Origin: a virus
Lineage: Duplodnaviria > Heunggongvirae > Uroviricota > Caudoviricetes
DNA length: 14,373 nucleotides
Virus record (IMG/VR): IMGVR_UViG_2541047837_000005
Location: 1 to 14,373 of that record
Strand: one strand, 5' to 3'
The notes below the pieces were generated by a model that saw only the letters and a list, made by a program, of their open reading frames with translations, made no database searches and was not told the origin of the DNA. Below are positions 13,378 through 14,373 of the stretch, in pieces (within the stretch, counting starts at the first letter, position 1; each line of letters begins with the position of its first letter). The translations under genes were made by a program, and so were the position numbers.

Positions 13378-14373
13378 ATGTCTATTAAAAAGCTCGATGA
13401 TGGTCGTTATGAAGTGGACGTCAGACCGCAGGGTGCAGATGGAAAACGTATCAGGCGGAAATTTAAAACTAAAGGTGAAGCTCAAGCATTCGAACGTCAT
13501 GTACTGGTTAACTACCACAACAAAGAGTGGTTGGAGAAACCAGCCGACCGCCGAACTCTTACAGAGTTGTTAGGCAGATGGTGGATATATCACGGAAAAT
13601 CACATGAGCGTGGAGATATTGAACGGGGGCGTTTAACGACAATAATCGCCAAATTTGCAGAAATGGGAGTGTCCAGAGCTGACCAGCTAACAAAGAAAAC
13701 GATAACTGATTATCGCGTTGTAATGATGAACGATGGTCTGAAACCAGCCAGCGTAAATCGACATCTGGCAATAATGAGCGGGATGTTCACCAAGTTAATT
13801 GACGCCGGTGAATACCACTCTCACAACCCGTTCCGTGAGATTAAACGGTTACGTGAAGCTGTTACGGAAATGGCTTTTTTGTCCAGTGAAGAGATTACGC
13901 GGCTGTTATCCATGCTTGATGGTGATGAATTAAATGCAACTCTGGTCTGCCTTTCTACTGGTGGACGCTGGAGTGAAGTGTCTAATTTAAAAGCTGAACA
14001 CATCATTAACCAGATGGTTACGTTTATGAAAACTAAAAACGGAAAACGCAGGACAATTCCCGTTTCGCAGGACCTGATTAAACGGATCAAGACCAAAAAT
14101 TCAGGCAGGCTTTTTAATGCCAGTTACTACAAAGTGCGTAACGCTCTCAGGGAAGTAAAACCCGATTTACCTGACGGACAAGCAGTACATGTTTTGAGGC
14201 ATACATTTGCCACACATTTTATAATGAATGGAGGTAACATAATCACATTGCAGCGCATCCTGGGTCATTCTAACATTCAGCAAACTATGACCTACGCACA
14301 CTTTGCACCGGATTTCTTACAAGATGCTGTGACTCTTAACCCGGTGTCAGGAATGTCCATAATGCGTCCATAA
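13378..14373 (+). CDS. int: Tyrosine integrase (P2 Int family), 331 aa
   Basis: N-terminus MSIKKLDDGRYEVDVRP; catalytic signature TGGRWSE, HVLRHTFATHF, GHSNIQQTMTYAHF; GGAGGG ribosome-binding site; TAA stop is the last codon of the window. Confidence 0.92.
   Translation: MSIKKLDDGRYEVDVRPQGADGKRIRRKFKTKGEAQAFERHVLVNYHNKEWLEKPADRRTLTELLGRWWIYHGKSHERGDIERGRLTTIIAKFAEMGVSRADQLTKKTITDYRVVMMNDGLKPASVNRHLAIMSGMFTKLIDAGEYHSHNPFREIKRLREAVTEMAFLSSEEITRLLSMLDGDELNATLVCLSTGGRWSEVSNLKAEHIINQMVTFMKTKNGKRRTIPVSQDLIKRIKTKNSGRLFNASYYKVRNALREVKPDLPDGQAVHVLRHTFATHFIMNGGNIITLQRILGHSNIQQTMTYAHFAPDFLQDAVTLNPVSGMSIMRP

Noticed and set aside
13559-14096. Track ORFs 13559-13771 and 13821-14096 (minus) inside int
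   Set aside because: Antisense to the integrase, which has the full tyrosine-recombinase signature.
1-14373. Attachment sites attL/attR, tRNA genes and CRISPR arrays
   Set aside because: The window starts at the ogr stop and ends at the int stop, so att cores and any tRNA integration target would lie outside it; no tRNA-like structure or spaced direct-repeat array was seen.

Overview
The window is one P2-like (Peduovirus-type) prophage read from the ogr stop codon (position 1) to the integrase stop codon (14373), so both att sites lie outside it. All gene calls rest on reading the supplied translations against remembered P2 protein sequences and motifs; no search or alignment was run. Gene order on this strand is ogr, D-remnant, X, L, M, N, O (all minus), P, Q (plus), cos, a cargo region, then A, four small early ORFs, B, an orf78-like gene, cox (all minus), and C, int (plus). 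The element is only about 14.4 kb against roughly 33.6 kb for P2: the tail and lysis modules are missing, and M, P, D and A are much shorter than their P2 counterparts, so it looks defective. The main candidate for a new system is the AT-rich cargo of about 2 kb between cos and gene A (about 6880-8900), the position where P2 carries old and tin. It holds a ComEC-like metallo-beta-lactamase-fold hydrolase (7205-8290, plus) and a convergent small multi-pass membrane protein (8305-8793, minus), separated by a hairpin and flanked by an imperfect 13-bp direct repeat. No tRNA, rRNA or CRISPR array was seen.
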